Assembly (NCBI GenBank): GCA_964016885.1
Contig: OZ024741.1
Location: 222,456,001 to 222,520,000 of the forward strand
Source: Eledone cirrhosa
Taxonomy: Eukaryota
Length of the DNA: 64,000 bases
Reading direction: 5' to 3'
In this document: positions 27,666-44,309 of the stretch, in pieces
Numbering within the stretch: the stretch's first letter is position 1
Layout: each line of letters begins with the position of its first letter
Translations under genes and position numbers: made by a program
Notes under the pieces: generated by a model
The model's database searches: none
Told to the model about the DNA's origin: nothing
The model's input: only the letters and a program-made list of their open reading frames with translations

Positions 27666-27949
27666 CATTTGTAGTTTTTCCAAATTGAAGGATGAGTATT
27701 TAAACTTTATTTTATTCAGAGTTAAGGCTCTATTGATTTTTCCCTGGATTTAACAAAATCTGTGGATAAATCTATGTCTTGATTTTTTTAAAATTGAGTT
27801 TGAATTATTTTCCCACATCTTACGTTAATTATTTTTCCATTTTGACGTTATAGTCACTTATATATTATGAAATACTGTTGGCTTCACGCTCACAATAATT
27901 TCTATACTTTCATTTATATCTATATATTTATATAGATATATATATAACA

Positions 27950-28860
27950 AAGAGTGTGTGGTAAGATACCAGGTGGACCATAACGCACTAGAGTACTCAA
28001 TACTTAGGGTAGTAGAGTGGGTAATAGGAAGAGTCAGGACCCCGGTGGTTGAGCTCTTTCCGTTTTGACAGCTAGATCAGAACTAAGCCACCAGTATTAG
28101 AACAGCAGGAATCTAGCTGAACTTATCAAGGGGTACAGTCCATATATGGGCATGCAGTCAAAGCAAAAAAAGCAAAAAAATCTAAGCAAACAATCCTACA
28201 AATTTGTTGTTTTTCTTGTCTGTCACGGGGAGTAGTCAATGATCTAGGATGTCATGTACATAGTTAAATGCCTTCATAGCAGGGGGGGGGGGGGGGCTGA
28301 ACAGGACCTTCCTGTGCCTTAGATTAATTGATAACTAGATTTCTTTATCAGGAACCGAATTAGTATTAAAATATAAATGCTTTGCTCTTTAGCCAAGTGT
28401 TAGATTAGGCAAGCTTAACTTAAACTTTCTAACTCCCTTCGCTGAAATTATATTCTTTTCTCGTTTTCTTATCTCTTTGAATTGGAGTTTACCGTTTCTA
28501 AAAATGAAAGATAGTTGGATAGGATTAAATCTCATTTAATGCTGTATGTTCACACCTTCTTACCCCTTCTCCCTTGTTTTTCAGGTTTGTTCACCACCCC
28601 CGCCACTATGAAAGCATTTAACTATGTACATGACATCCCAGATCCTTGACCACTCCCCGTGACAGACAAGAAAAACAACAAATTTTTAGGATTTTTTCTT
28701 AGATATTTTTGCATTTTTTGCTTTGACTGCATGCCCATATATGGACTGTACTCCTTGATAAGTTCAGCTAGATTCCTGCCGTTCTAATACTGGTGGCTTA
28801 GTTCTGATCTAGCAGTCGAAACGGCTAGAGCTCAGCCACTGGGGTCCTAACTCTTTTCCT
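27950..28860. mobile_element. Fold-back pLTR/retrozyme with degenerate U3:A8 hammerheads (28039-28134 minus; 28750-28845 plus)
   Basis: 28027-28290 is the reverse complement of ~28595-28860; core acYcc TTGATAA gttcagctagat..atctagcWgtc GAAA cggct..agcc.. ggggt. Confidence 0.75.
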
Positions 28861-30590
28861 GGCTCACATTTCAACCAGGTTTGATGGTCTTTATTCTCTC
28901 GTTCACGATTCCACCGAATTTATATTCATAGAAATCTGGGACTTGTTTCTTCTTCATCACTTTCTGTTGCTTAAACCATTTTGTTTGTTTACCCTAGCGT
29001 CCCCCTTATTTACGTGTCCCAACGACTTTTTTTAGCCGTTGCTCGCACCAACCTGAGGTATATGGCCTTTAATGCGACGAAATGCCTACGACGGTTGGAA
29101 GGCCACTGATGAGGACAAACTTTTTCATATGTAACCCATTTGCAGCGCCGCAGCTCCATTATTATCATATTTACATAGCTATTTAATTGTAAAAGACTAT
29201 TTTGAGTTTGTAACTCAATCTATGATATTCTCGGCTCCGTATGTAGAGCTAACTTTAGTCTTATAAACCCAGCTGCTATTTTTAGCGACATGAGTATGAG
29301 ACATGTTAGGCGCTGTAACATGTGCGTTTTTATCAGCGCATCGTTCAGTCTTCTTAGATCCTTTGAAGTGAAAGGTACGAATTTTCCTGGATACCCGCAG
29401 AAGAGCACAGGAATTCTAGGTTTCACTTAATAATTCTTGCGAAACAGATTTACGTCTGTCCGGGTATCATTGGCTATTTGCCCGATATAGGTTTGTTATT
29501 TTTATTGATTTATTACGTTAAATCGAGTAAGGCAAACCATATTGTTTTAAATTAGTATTTTTCAACCTAGCTAACTTGGTCATTTGCAATTGGAACACAT
29601 GTATACTTGTATCTGTGTTCATCTCTCTCATATATCCAATTATATATATATATATAATATAAAGCTGACGGCCGTATGTATGTAACAAACTTTTCGCCAA
29701 ACGGCTGGATATCATTTCCATACCAATACACCTAAGACCATCGTCCCCAGTTCTATGGCACAAAACCTATCGTTTTAAAGTATTCATATTTTAAATAATA
29801 ATTTTATGTAAAAATAAAAAAAACTTTAAAATTATGTCCCATGCACTACCTTGATAATAACAAGAAAGTTAGATATTTCACTAAATTCTTTCAAATTATT
29901 GAATATTTTCAAAATTAGTTAGACATGTGAGTAATTTTAATATACAAAATCTCATAAGTGAAATTTTAATATAGAATGAAATCTCATAAGTGAGATTTTA
30001 ATATAATATAAAATCTCGTGAGATTTTAATATAGTATGAAATATTATAGATTCTTCAGTCTGAATAACCTTTTGATAACATCACACCTAAAACTAACTCT
30101 TGAACAAAACCGCCCATTTTAAAGGGTTTCTCTTAGAATTCTCACGTTTAAATAATTTCAAATAAGAATGCTTTATTTATGTTACAAATACCATTTAAAT
30201 CATGAAATGATTAATGATTCTTGGTTAATTGAAATATGTACCTTGTTATAGTCCCATCGGAGCAAGGTACGGTGTGGCCAATTCTGACCAGACTTGTCTC
30301 CCGGCGTAAAGAATGGAAAATGGACACTAAACAGTGATGATGATGATGATGATGACAGTGTATTTCATTAGGAAATATGGTCTTGAAATGGTTAACTGAA
30401 TTGCCAGTCATATACCAGGATTGACCTTATAAAATGTAGGCATTCCCATGGTAAAGCCCGATCCTCTCGAAGTTCGAACAAATATGGTCTTGAAATGGTT
30501 AACTGAATTGCCAGTTATATATCGGGATTGAACTTATAAACAAATAGGTGAGCAAAGTTCTCTCTAGGCCTGAACACAACTGATTTCTCC

Positions 30591-30635
<45 letters not shown>

Positions 30636-30977
30636 AAATTGACTCCCCGACTGGAGGACTGGAAATTTATTTATCAACCTTGAAAGAATGAAAAGCAAAG
30701 TAGACCTTTTAAACTTTGGTGGGATTTGAACTCATTGCTCAGGAACAAATACCACAAAGTATTCTATTCTATCCAATGTTCTAACAACTCAGCTAATTCC
30801 GATGTTAGAATGCAATATGTTGTAGTTGTTTATGTTGATATTAAAGTCATTATTAATGTCATAAAAGACATTGCAGTTATTAAAGTCATAAAAGTCATTA
30901 AAGTCTCTTGTTGCCACAACAGATTGGAGAATGTAGTTTGTTTATGGGTTTATACACAAACACAGACCCACACACAC

Positions 30978-32497
<1,520 letters not shown>

Positions 32498-32502
<5 letters not shown>

Positions 32503-34680
32503 TACAAATATTAATAAAATAGATGTTCTTCTTGATCAATTACATTTTAGTATACATATTTCGGAGGTACAACAGTATATCCTCATCAGACAAAATATAA
32601 TGATACATGACATACCCTGAGATGTTAAATGGTTAAGATTTAATCAAGATAGTGATTAACCCAAGAGAAAATTCATCATTTATACCCTAATAATGAGAAA
32701 ATGCGAAAACGTAATAAATTCAATAAAGAATGTGTGAGTAAGAAAAAACGTTGGTTAATGTGACAGCTATAGAGATTTTAAAATGTAGGATACTACAAGT
32801 TATGTTTATCTAGGAAAACATCTCATGAATTATAACAGTCAATGAGGGCCGCTAAGAAGGAATTTAGAGATAGGGAAAGATAAAGGGGGGTAATATATGC
32901 AGAAAGAGATTTTTTACAAAAGCTAAACGGTTAAGTTTCAAAATATTTAATTTATGTTATTTTAGGGTGAAGAATCAAGATTTAAGGTTTTTTAAAAAAA
33001 GTTGTTGGTTATTTATATTTATTAATTTTATAAATTCTATAAGTGTGTTAACATTTCTAAACTTCTGAATTTTATGAGGGTAATATTTAAAGGATTTACC
33101 TGGCCAGCGAAAGGAAAATTTACATTGTTGAATATTTTCGTAAATGTAAACTTTAACGAAGATAATTTATAAAAATGTTAACATTTTCAGTATGTAAAGC
33201 TTATGAAGTACTTATTGTTAGAAATATTTAAATAACGATTATGTATATAGATATATATTAATGAGCCAGTATATTTTAGGTAAATGATAACGAATATAAA
33301 GTAATAGATTGAAGCATGCTAAAGTTAAATAGATACCTATATATAATAGGGTGTAAATGCATGAATTATTCGTAGTTCATAATAAATAATAATCTAAAAA
33401 TTTAGAAGTTATCTAAAGATTATGTATAGAGAGATATAGGGAGGTATATATAGATATATATTAGTTATTAGTGATACAGTATACTTTAGGTAAATGATAC
33501 CGATTATAATCTCATATAACGGATTTCGACGTGTTACAGTTAAAAACATACATATATATATAATAAAAACAATAATAAATGCATGAATAATTCAGAGTTC
33601 AAAAATAATAATTTATAGTTTGGATATTTGCTCTATATTTGAATCATGGATATAAAAATACGGTAGGTATATTTAAAATCTTACAAAAGATAATTACATA
33701 CATATTATAAATAAGTAATCGAAAATGTAAACACATGAAAGATTCACAGTTAAAAATAATTTTCGTAAAAATATAAGGGTTGGATATTTAAACTAGAATG
33801 TAAAACTTAGATAGGAAAATAAAGATAGAGAAATAATGGTATGGATCAGAGTTAATAATATTACGTTATGTATATCAATGTGCCGGCTGGTTATTGAACA
33901 AATGTCATTCATTCGAGCGTTATTTCTTCTATAGATAGTTATAAGATAATGCAATATTAAAAGCCATTAATGTTTTCCCCTGTTAATTATATACGTCTGA
34001 AAACCAAGTTGTTAATGGTTTAGTGTTTCTCTCTCTTTTTTTCTAGTTTTGTGGGAGGCTAAAAATGTGGACGTAGCTTTATGAAGGCAACTTTTTTGTT
34101 AATTAGGGTCTCATAGTTATTAATAATCAACAGGGTCTCCATTGTACAGAGCGCGCAGTTATTTGATATACTAGAGTTGCGGTAAACTCCACAATTCCGA
34201 AGTTTTGTCCTAAGAAGGGAGTATTTTAGATTCCTCTCTTTTAATGACCATATGAGCTGTGATAAAGAAGTGGATGATTTCCTCTTGGAGTTCGAGAAAG
34301 AGCATTTATGGTTCGCAAATCTGGCTTTGAATGAAGTCGATCCTATGTAGTTGTATGTGTTGTGATCAGTTTTTACGGTGCATTTATAAACCAAATTACT
34401 ATCTAGACAATTATTTTGCAAAGGGCAGTCAGTTTTATTTCTACAATTACATTTTGGTTTAATATCATTTATGTTGACTCTATTATTAAGATAATTATGT
34501 TGGTTTTGTTTTAGGATTTTAGTGTTTAATTTGGCAATGTTTTGGGCCATGTTCATAGTTGTAGAATACGAAAATTTAATGGTGTCTATTAAAAATGGAA
34601 TGGTATTTATGTTGAGTAGAGAAAGAGGTGTCCAAAGCGTTAAAGAATAATTTTGCAATTGGTGTTCTAACTGCGACCGA
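32498..34680 (-). mobile_element. 5'-truncated Naiad-like Penelope element (GIY-YIG end, long 3' region, pLTR with HHR at ~32544-32597)
   Basis: ORF 34059-34660: IKFSYSTTMN, CNCRNKTDCPLQNNC, LVYKC..YIGST.FKARFANH, CALCTME; HHR ttttgt CTGATGA ggatatac tgtt gtacctcc GAAA tatgta TA. Confidence 0.88.
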
Positions 34681-34694
34681 TATATATATATATA

Positions 34695-35990
34695 CAGTGT
34701 GTGGACGATATTTGTTAGCAATTTTCAAATGCTAATTTTATGCAAATATTTTTACTTCCGTTGTCACTCTTGTCTTCATAAAAACAGTGACTATATTTCC
34801 ATTATTTATTTTCAGAATATTTGATTATGAATAATTTTAAACCTCCAAATTTGTGGAAGAGACACAGAGTTCTTCTTGGAATCCGCGCCGGGAGGACAAA
34901 TAAGGAAATTTCAGACTTTCTCAGCGTCAGCAGGAGGATGGTGGAAAAGGTCAGAAAAGAATTGGAAAATTCAGGATTCGACTACGAAGCAACATCAGAG
35001 AGGAAAACACATGATCGACGATCTGACGCCTTCAGAACGCCCGAGTTCGTCGCTGAAGTTCAGGATATCATCAACAATGAACCTAGTAAGTCGATGCGTG
35101 CCATTGCAAGGGAGAAAGGCGTGGATGAAAAGCTCATTAGGCTGGTGGTACATGAAGACATTCGCTACGTTTCATACAAGATGAGGAAAGGACAATTTCG
35201 ATGCAAGAAAAGCGACTGAATCACGCAAAGAAGCTGATCAACAAGTTGAAACACCCACTGGAGCCAGACATGCTGTGGTTTTTCTCCGACGAGAAAAACT
35301 TCTGCCAAGACCAGACGATCAACTCCCAGAACAACATGTGGCTCGCTGTCTCATCGAAAGACGTGCCCAGAGTCATGCAGACAAAGTTTCCAGCGACAAC
35401 ATTGGTCTTAGGTGTCGTCAGAAGTCAAGGTGACGTCATGCCACCTCACTTCTTCCCTGAGGGCCTCAAGCTGAACACCGATGGCTACATCCGCGTTCTG
35501 AGCGAGGTAGTAAAGCCCTGGATCGACCAGGTAGCTGCAGGTAGGCCGTACGTGTGTCAGCAAGACTCAGCGCCCTGCCATACCAGCCGAAAGACCCTAG
35601 CCTGGCTGTCAGAGAACTTCGTCGACCACACTTCACCTGACATCTGGCCTCTCAGCTCGTCTGACTGCAACCCCCTCGACTTCTTTGTGTGGGGCGCAGT
35701 GGAACGAGACACCAACAGATCTAGCTGCAATACGAAAGACGATCTGAAGGCCAGGATCACAAGTGCCTTTAGGGGCCTAAGTCGGGGGACAGTGACGAAG
35801 GCCTATAGCCGGTTCCGAGGCCGCCTTGAGGCCGTCATCAAAGCCAATGGCGGGTGTATCGAGTGAGATCGAAAGAACAAGTCATGAAGACAAACTGACC
35901 CAAGTTTGATAAATATATCTTAAAAAATAAAACTACTGTTTTACTATTTCCTAGACAGTAATCTTGCGAACAAATATCGTCCACACCCTG
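34695..35990 (+). mobile_element. Tc1/mariner DNA transposon, DD37D (maT) type, one frameshift
   Basis: TIRs cagtgtgtggacgatatttgtt / aacaaatatcgtccacaccctg with TA flanks; ORFs 34821-35219 (HTH) and 35201-35866 (FSDEKNF, QQDSAPCH, then 37 residues to NPLD). Confidence 0.93.
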
Positions 35991-36003
35991 TATACCCCCC
36001 CCC

Positions 36004-36056
<53 letters not shown>

Positions 36057-36151
36057 AGCACAAAACGTATAAATTATATCTGCATAGATATCATATATAT
36101 ATATATATACATATATACATACATACATATATATATATGATATATATATAT

Positions 36152-37829
36152 AAACCATCTAACCCAGAGAACCCATTCGATGTCCCAATTGGTTCTTTTG
36201 ATAGTGCTGACGTGTATGATTTAGTCGGCCTATTCCTCCTACACACACTTAAAGAGAAATTCCCTAACCATACCTTTGGGCTTTATCGCGACGATGGTCT
36301 AATACTTTCCCATACCATTATAGGCCATAACTTAAATAGATTCTGGAAAGACTTAATAAAAACCTTCGCTAGTTTTAATCTTAAAATTACCATTGATACT
36401 AACCTTTTTAATGTTAATTTTCTAGATATAAACCTAGATCTGCCTACTGATTTTTATAAACCGTACCATAAACCTAATGAAAATTTAAAATATATAAATA
36501 AAGGCTCTTGCCATCCTCCTATAGTTTTTAAAAATCTTATCCCTAATATTAGCCGTAGGATCTCCACCCTCTCTTCCTCAGAAGCTATTTTCAATAAGGC
36601 ATCCCCCTCCTATAATAAAGCACTTCAAAATAGCGGTTTTAGCGAACCGATTAAGCACATGCCCAACAATACTAACTCCTTTAAACATAATAATAGGAAA
36701 AGAAAATAATCTGGTTCACACCCCCCTACTCTTTAGCAGTTAAAACTAATGTAGGCAAAACATTCCTAGAGCTCTTAGATAAACATTTCCCTAGAACACA
36801 TAGATACTATAAGATCTTCAATAGAAACTGTGTCAAAATCAGCTACTCCTGCTGTCCCCCTATTAAATCTTATATCCTCAATAAGAAAATACCCAGAGAA
36901 CATCAAAATTGCTCCTGTAGAGTCAAAAGTGAATGCCCATTACAAGGTAAATGCAACATCAAAGCCATTGTATATACGGCTAAAGTGACAACCACCAGCA
37001 ACAACCTACCAGCCACCAGCGAACGATATGTGTATATGACACAAGACAAATTCAAAACGCGTTATTACTCACATGTCGCATCTTTCCGACATCCTGAAAA
37101 AAGATTTACAACAGCTCTGGCTAGCAGAATATGGGATTTGAAAGACCAAGGTATCCAATATAAATTAGATTGGTCAATTTTGAACCAATCTAAAGAATAT
37201 GCAAGACGAACAAGAAGATGCGCACTCTGCATAAGTGAAAAATATTGGATTTTACAGAACCTTAAATCACCAAAAACCTGCCTAAATGCAAAATCAGAAA
37301 TTTTCACCAGTTGCCCACACATGAAATCACACTTGCTTTCCAGCTCATATAAACTTAACTGACTTTCAGATACTTATCCTCCATAAACTCTTGTTCTTCA
37401 CTTTCCTTAACTTACCTTCTTTACAGACTTCTCTTTCTGATTTACTTTTATTTTAATTTTTAACTTTATTTTTACTTCACATCCACCAGTGACCCCCCTC
37501 CTGCTATTTGATTCACTTACTTTATATCTTCACAATTTTACATATTTTACTTACCCCTTTTCTTTCACTACCTGATATCATATGTCACTTGCGTTTTCAA
37601 CTCCAGATATATTCTGTTGTCCCTCAGCCGCTTTTATGTATGTTTACTTGCGTATAGTTTGTACTCATTTATTCATACGGGTGGTTTTTATATTGTATGT
37701 ATGCGTGTAGGTGTGCATATGTATGTATACGTGTTTGTATATGTATACGAATGCATTCGTATGTGCGCGTGTATGTGTATATGTGTGTGTGTATGTGTGT
37801 TTTTATATCTATGTTTTTACATACTTATA

Positions 37830-37899
<70 letters not shown>

Positions 37900-38760
37900 T
37901 ATATATATATATATGGTCACGTGCGTGCGTGTGATTAGATGTACATGTATGTATATATATGTGCTTCGTGTGTATGTATGCGCGCTTTTGTATGTATGTA
38001 CGCATGTATGTGCTTTTGTCTGTACGTTTTATCTATATATGTGGGTGTACGAACCTCTGTATGTTTTCTATTTTTTCTAGTGTTACTTTATAATTGATAA
38101 CCCCTCCCTCTTACTTTCTCTTTGATTTAATTTTTTATTCTCATATTTTTTCATTTTTTCATTTTCATATTTTTTATTTTTATATATTTATCGACCTTCA
38201 GCCTGACACTGCTTTGACTGATACACTCCCTTCCCTGTATATATCACATGCATGTATGTGGTTGCGCATGTGTGTGTGTTTATACGCGTGCTTTCATGCT
38301 TGTATGTGTATATATTTCAATCCTTAGTCCCTGAGTCTGTATGTACGTTAACTCTATTATGTTACAATTTCTTTTTTCGACATATATTATATACGTATTT
38401 GTGGTCACACATACACTGATATACTTTCCCTCATGTATGTACTTACGCACACATTTTTTCACTATACACATGCATTTGTACATACACACATATATACATT
38501 TGTAGGTGCATATACACACATTTATACACATACCCTTACTATATTTCCTTATTTTATTTTTATATATCTCTTGCATTACTTTTATTTATATATTTTTTTT
38601 TGCCCGTTAAACTTTTGCCTTTCTTGAGGAGATTTTTCAAATATTTCACTATGTTTTAAATTGCCTTGTCTGACGAACGAATGAGGACGTTTCTTGTATT
38701 CGTCTTATTCGGGAAACCTCTGGTAATGAGGTAATTATATTGTATTGTTTATTATACATT
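36152..38760 (+). mobile_element. 5'-truncated Naiad-like Penelope element with 3' region and pLTR
   Basis: FDVPIGSFDSADVYDLVG, GLYRDDGL, NFLDINL, WFTPPYS, CSCR..CPLQGKC, FKTRYYSH, CALCISEK, LNAKSE..CPH (36152-37362). Confidence 0.9.
38660..38735 (+). ncRNA. Type I hammerhead ribozyme
   Basis: attgccttgt CTGACGA acgaatgaggacg..cgtcttattcgg GAAA cctctgg TA atgaggtaat. Confidence 0.82.
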
Positions 38761-38773
38761 ATATATATATATA

Positions 38774-39020
38774 TATAAGTATTAATAAAATAGATGTTCT
38801 TTTGATCAATTACATTTTATTATACATATTTCGGATGTACAACAGTACGTCCTCATCAGACAAAATATAATGATTCATGACATACCCTGAGATGTTAAAT
38901 GGTAAAGATTTATTCAAGGTAGTATATTTTGTCTGATGAGGACGTACTGTTGTACATTCGAAATATGTATAATAAAATGTAATTGATCAAAAGAACATCT
39001 ATTTTATTAATACTTATATT
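38774..39020. ncRNA. Fold-back pLTR with two opposed hammerheads (38814-38866 minus; 38926-38978 plus)
   Basis: attttgt CTGATGA ggacgtac tgtt gtacatYc GAAA tatgta TA ataaaat on both strands; same family as 32498-32660. Confidence 0.87.
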
Positions 39021-39140
39021 TTAATATTAATAACTCCTGAAAATTATTTCTCAGTTGAGTGCTTCCAATCTACTGTAAAACTCATTCTTTGACATAATCA
39101 TCGAATATTGTTTAACAACTTAATACTTATATATATATAT

Positions 39141-39230
<90 letters not shown>

Positions 39231-39596
39231 CTATATATACACACACACACACATGTATACATATACATATGTACATATGGGTTATATCGAACATTAATAA
39301 TAATGTTTGATTCATATATACATATATATATATCAAGAAAGAGAGAGAGAGAGAGACATATGGTGTCCATAAACTTTAAATAAATACACACACACACAGT
39401 ATGCCCGTACCTCTTTATTTGTGTGTGTGTATATATATATATGGGGTGGGGATTTTAAAATGTTCATAACTTACTCTTGGATAACCACCAATGGATGACA
39501 AATAATTGGCAAATAGCCACAATTAAGAAGCTTAAAAAATGGGATTTTTTGAATGTATGCATATATGTATATATGTGTGTGTATGTATATGTATAT

Positions 39597-39657
<61 letters not shown>

Positions 39658-39806
39658 AGGGGAAAAGAGATAAATATATATATACATACACATATGCAAC
39701 TCCAATATATATATATATATTATAGCAGGGAGAACGGATGTTAAATGATGATGATGATGATGATATATCTATATATATTTATATATATCACCAACATCAT
39801 TATTTA

Positions 39807-39967
<161 letters not shown>

Positions 39968-40269
39968 AACATATTTACACAGAAGGAAAGAATTCAATGT
40001 ATTTATCATATGACTCTCTTAATTAAGATTATCATAAAGCAAAGGCTGAAAAAATATATATATAACAAATAAACAAAAGGACTATTTTTCTTCCACTGAA
40101 ATAAATCATATTTAGAAGATGTACTATAACCATTCATAGTATATTTAATGTTAGTGTTACTATATTTAATGTATAGGGCATTAAACAACAACTAGAAATT
40201 TATTTATATGAAATGAGGTAAAGCATATATGTCATAGTCAATGACTCATATTATTTATCATTACTTATC

Positions 40270-40612
40270 ATTGGTAGAGCGACGGACGACATGCTGTGTG
40301 GCATATAGTTACATCCCTTTACATTCTGAGTTCAAATCCCGCCAAGATTAGCTTTGTCTTTCATCCTGATGGGGGTCAATAAAATGAAGTACCAGTAATG
40401 CACTGGAGTCAATTTAATCGACCCCCCCCCCTCCCACCCATCCACCCACACAAACAAACAAAAATTGTTGGCCTTGTGTCTAAATCAGAAACCATCTGAG
40501 TTCAAATCCCGCCGAGGTTGACTTTGCCTTTCATCCTTACGGGGTCTATAAAATAAAGTACCAGTAATGAACTGGGTAATTGCTGGCCTTGTGCCTAAAG
40601 TAGAAACAATTA
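40270..40612 (+). mobile_element. Two tRNA-SINE copies
   Basis: ctgagttcaaatcccgcc..tttcatcct..aaagtaccagtaatg. Confidence 0.82.
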
Positions 40613-41229
40613 TTTTTCTGGTTAGTATGGGAGATAACTCCAGATATGATTTAATCTTATTCTGATCTGGTCAATCTCAGAAGACGTGTGATGACCATGT
40701 GTCCAACTCTTTCCTCCGATCTAAACTAATAAATATAAAGCATTTATTTCAAGTTAACTGTTTAACGTTCATTACATTAAATATCTTAACTATTACTTTT
40801 CCTTCAAACATATATAATATTACAATAGTTCTATATATACTAGATGGTCATTGTTATGGTAAAAACAACAGTTGGTAAGAGATCAGATTTTATCTTTTAT
40901 TTTTATTTAACCCTTTTTATACCAACCTGCATGAAAATGCATCTGATTTTATGATTAAAAAAATACCTGCCCATTTTAACGAGTTCATATTTATATTGAA
41001 ACCTGCCAACATAATTTTATGTAAGAACATTTCGTCAAGTAAAGATCTAAAAATCAACTTCTCCAAATTGTTATTATTCATAAAATTAAATGAAACGCAC
41101 AAGCTGTGTGTTTTATTGGAAATATGATAACAATATAATAAAGTGAATACAGATATAAAGTGTTATACCTTTGTGAAAACCTCTTCTTTTCTATAGTTTA
41201 AATTTGTTTTTTTTAGTCTCGACACTGAG

Positions 41230-41515
41230 TGTTCTAGTTATTCGATCAGCAGAACACCCTGCTCATGAAATTAACATGTAAGTCGCTGAGCATTTTACCG
41301 ACATGTATACCCATAACATAATTCTCAGGGAGATTCAGCATGACACAGTGTGTTACAAAGCTGGTACAGTCCACCCGACAGGTTCCAAACAGTTTCCATC
41401 TATCCAATTTCACTTACAAAGCATGAGTCAAACTGAGGCTATGGTAAATAACACTTGCCCATGATGCCTAGGACCTAGAGATTGTGAAACAAACTTCTTA
41501 ACCATTTGGCCATGC
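41230..41515 (-). mobile_element. Degraded SINE of a second family (related fragment at ~55390-55550 on +)
   Basis: gaggctatggtaaataacacttgccc matches the reverse complement of ggacaagtatcttctactatagcctc at 55462. Confidence 0.55.
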
Positions 41516-41604
41516 TACATCAATAGATGAAGGGAACTTAAGAAGAAAATAAGTAACATGAAAAAGAAAACAAAAAATTACATGCATTTATTATTGAAAC
41601 TCAG

Positions 41605-41842
41605 TTAACCTTTGGGTCCCAAACCGCCTGTAATTCTTCATTACAAAACTGTCCATTTTAAAGTGCTTGTATTTATCATCCCTTTATGTAAGAACCTTTT
41701 TTAAGTTATATTCCAAACACCAGCTTAATAATGAAAAAGGTAGCTTTACTACTAAATCCTTCCAAATTCTTGATTATTTTCAAACTTATTTGAAAACTAT
41801 AAGCTGTACCTTTCATTAAAATTATGGTAACAAAGGGGTTAA
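41605..41842. mobile_element. piggyBac-like MITE
   Basis: TTAA-cctttgg at the left end and caaagggg-TTAA at the right end; related ends near 40907, 42443 and 30065. Confidence 0.5.
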
Positions 41843-42072
41843 TGTTGTCAAGGCCAACATGCTATATCATGGGGCAGGGTGTTTTAAGGATTAATGAGTA
41901 GTAAGGTAACAACATCTGTAAATGCTTCTTCTTTTAAATTTGGTATTATCTTGTTCAGTGAAATACCTTTCTGATAGCCAAGTATCTATAGCATGTTCAC
42001 GCGCACACACACACAGACACACACACACACATACACACACACACATACAGACATACACAGATACACATACAT

Positions 42073-42134
<62 letters not shown>

Positions 42135-42779
42135 ACATGCACACACGAACACACACAGAGACATACAGACACACGCACACACACACACATCAATCATTGT
42201 GTGACGGAAGGACAGAGAGACGGATGGATGGAAGTCGCTCAAATTTATATATAGATGTCTTTCTTGGTCTTCCCCATAATCTACTAATTTCATTATTGAA
42301 ATTATGTATAGGGACAGTGGGTTGGCAGAGTCATTAAAGCATTGAATGAATACTTAGCAGTATTTGTTCCAGTATATGTCGAAGCTCTTTGTCACACATC
42401 CTGCAATGTTTAACAAAGAGCTTTGACAATTAAATATGACAATTAACCCTTTAGCATTTAAACTGGCAGTATCCGGCCAGAATTCTCTCACTTCTTTTTG
42501 TTCAAACCAGTCATAACTGGTCACTCATACTGATGTTAAAGTATTGTTCTCAAAACAAATAATATCAAATTCTCATAGATCCGATATTATGTGAAATAAA
42601 GCCTTTACCACGAAAATACAAGAGTAAATATAGAGTAATGTAAATGGTAAATCACTAAACTAACTGAGGAATGAATTAGTTTTCTAACTAATAATAAACT
42701 AAAATGAAATTAAACTGGTGCCTGTATTTTTATTGGCAGCATGACCCTCCCAGATCATAACAGTATCTGTTAACAACAG

Positions 42780-43570
42780 CTGATAACTGAATCCTGCATT
42801 TCTTTGGGTGAATGAGCTGATAGGGCATTGTCATCAGCCTATTGATGAGTCCTATTAATCAGTCTTCATGATCGGTGTCTGGCTAGGTTTAAGAGTCAAC
42901 CATCAAAGTTGTACTTGATCCCTACACCAGGGTTGGAAGGGTAAATTTCATGAAGCATATCTGTAAAGTGTAGGGAGAAGAAGGATTAGAGCAAATACAC
43001 ATCCTTGTTTCAAGCCATTGCTGATCGGGAAATCTTCTAATATGTTGTTTTGCCAAGTCACCTGTCCTAACATGACATCATGGAGTGTTTGTGTAAGTGC
43101 CACAGAACAATCAGGACAACCAAATAACTTGATCACCATCCACATAGCTGTACCTGGTACAGTGTCAAAAGTCTTTTCAAGATCATAGAGAGCTTTCTGT
43201 TGTTCTCTACATTTTTCCTGTAGCTATGTTGCACTGAAAATAATGTCAATAGTTCTTCTAAAGGCTTGCAAACCCACACTGAAATTCCAACATCACTTTT
43301 TTCTGAAATAAGTAGGAGATGGTTAAGCAGTATTCTGGCAAAATTTTCCCTAGGATGGAGAGGAGTGATATGTCATAGTAGTTTTTGCAAATGCTGTGAT
43401 CTCCCTTCTTAAAGACTGTCATGATGAGGGTGTTCTTTAGATCAGTAGATACTATTTGAGTTACCCACATTTTCAGGATGAGGTGGTCAGTCTTAAAGAC
43501 TGATCACCATTAATGGGATATTATTTGGACCAGGTGACTTCCTTGGTTTCTTCTTTTTGATGGCATCCCT
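42780..43570 (-). mobile_element. Highly degraded RTE (BovB-like) RT fragment
   Basis: FKKGDHSICKNYYDISLLSILGKI, QCGF, GLKQGCV. Confidence 0.8.
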
Positions 43571-44309
43571 TGCTGAATACAACCCTTATTATGGCTAAGT
43601 GAATATTAAACTCTACCCCAGTATGGAGTAGTCATTCTCACATCTGTCAAAACATCACACACGCACACACACATACACATATATATATATATGTTCTATT
43701 TGTAACTATATTCAACTCCTTACTAATCTTCTAACTGTGCCAACACCCACCCTGCACATACCAACATTTCTCAGGATGACCAATTTTACCAAAAATATCC
43801 TCAGAATATCCCCTCCAACTCCCTACTAATGGAAAGGTAATGATATAGATATTGCCACCACTCTCCCATCTCCACTACTATCATCACCACCAACACTACA
43901 ACCTACACAAACACCGCACCATTGCTCCCCACTACTCCCCACATATACAATCACCAACATCACCACCATCACCATTAAAGAAAAAACACCACAGTGTGAG
44001 TGTCTATCTGTCTAACTTTTTTCTCACCCTCACTATAACATACTTGTACACATACACACACATGCACATTCATACACTCAAACACACACACACCTATATA
44101 CAAATTATACATGCTTATGTACGTAATATATATATATATGCATGTGTGTAAATACTTTAAGTTTTATATATATGTCAAACTTTTGGTGCTATATGTAGAT
44201 TATAAATATACACATATATATCATCATCATCATCGTTTAACTTCTATCTTCCATGCTAGCATGGGTGTATACACACACACATCATCATCATCATCATCAT
44301 TTTACGTCC

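Noticed and set aside
29100-29135. CTGATGA motif as a hammerhead
   Set aside because: No matching stem II, GAAA and stem I found downstream.
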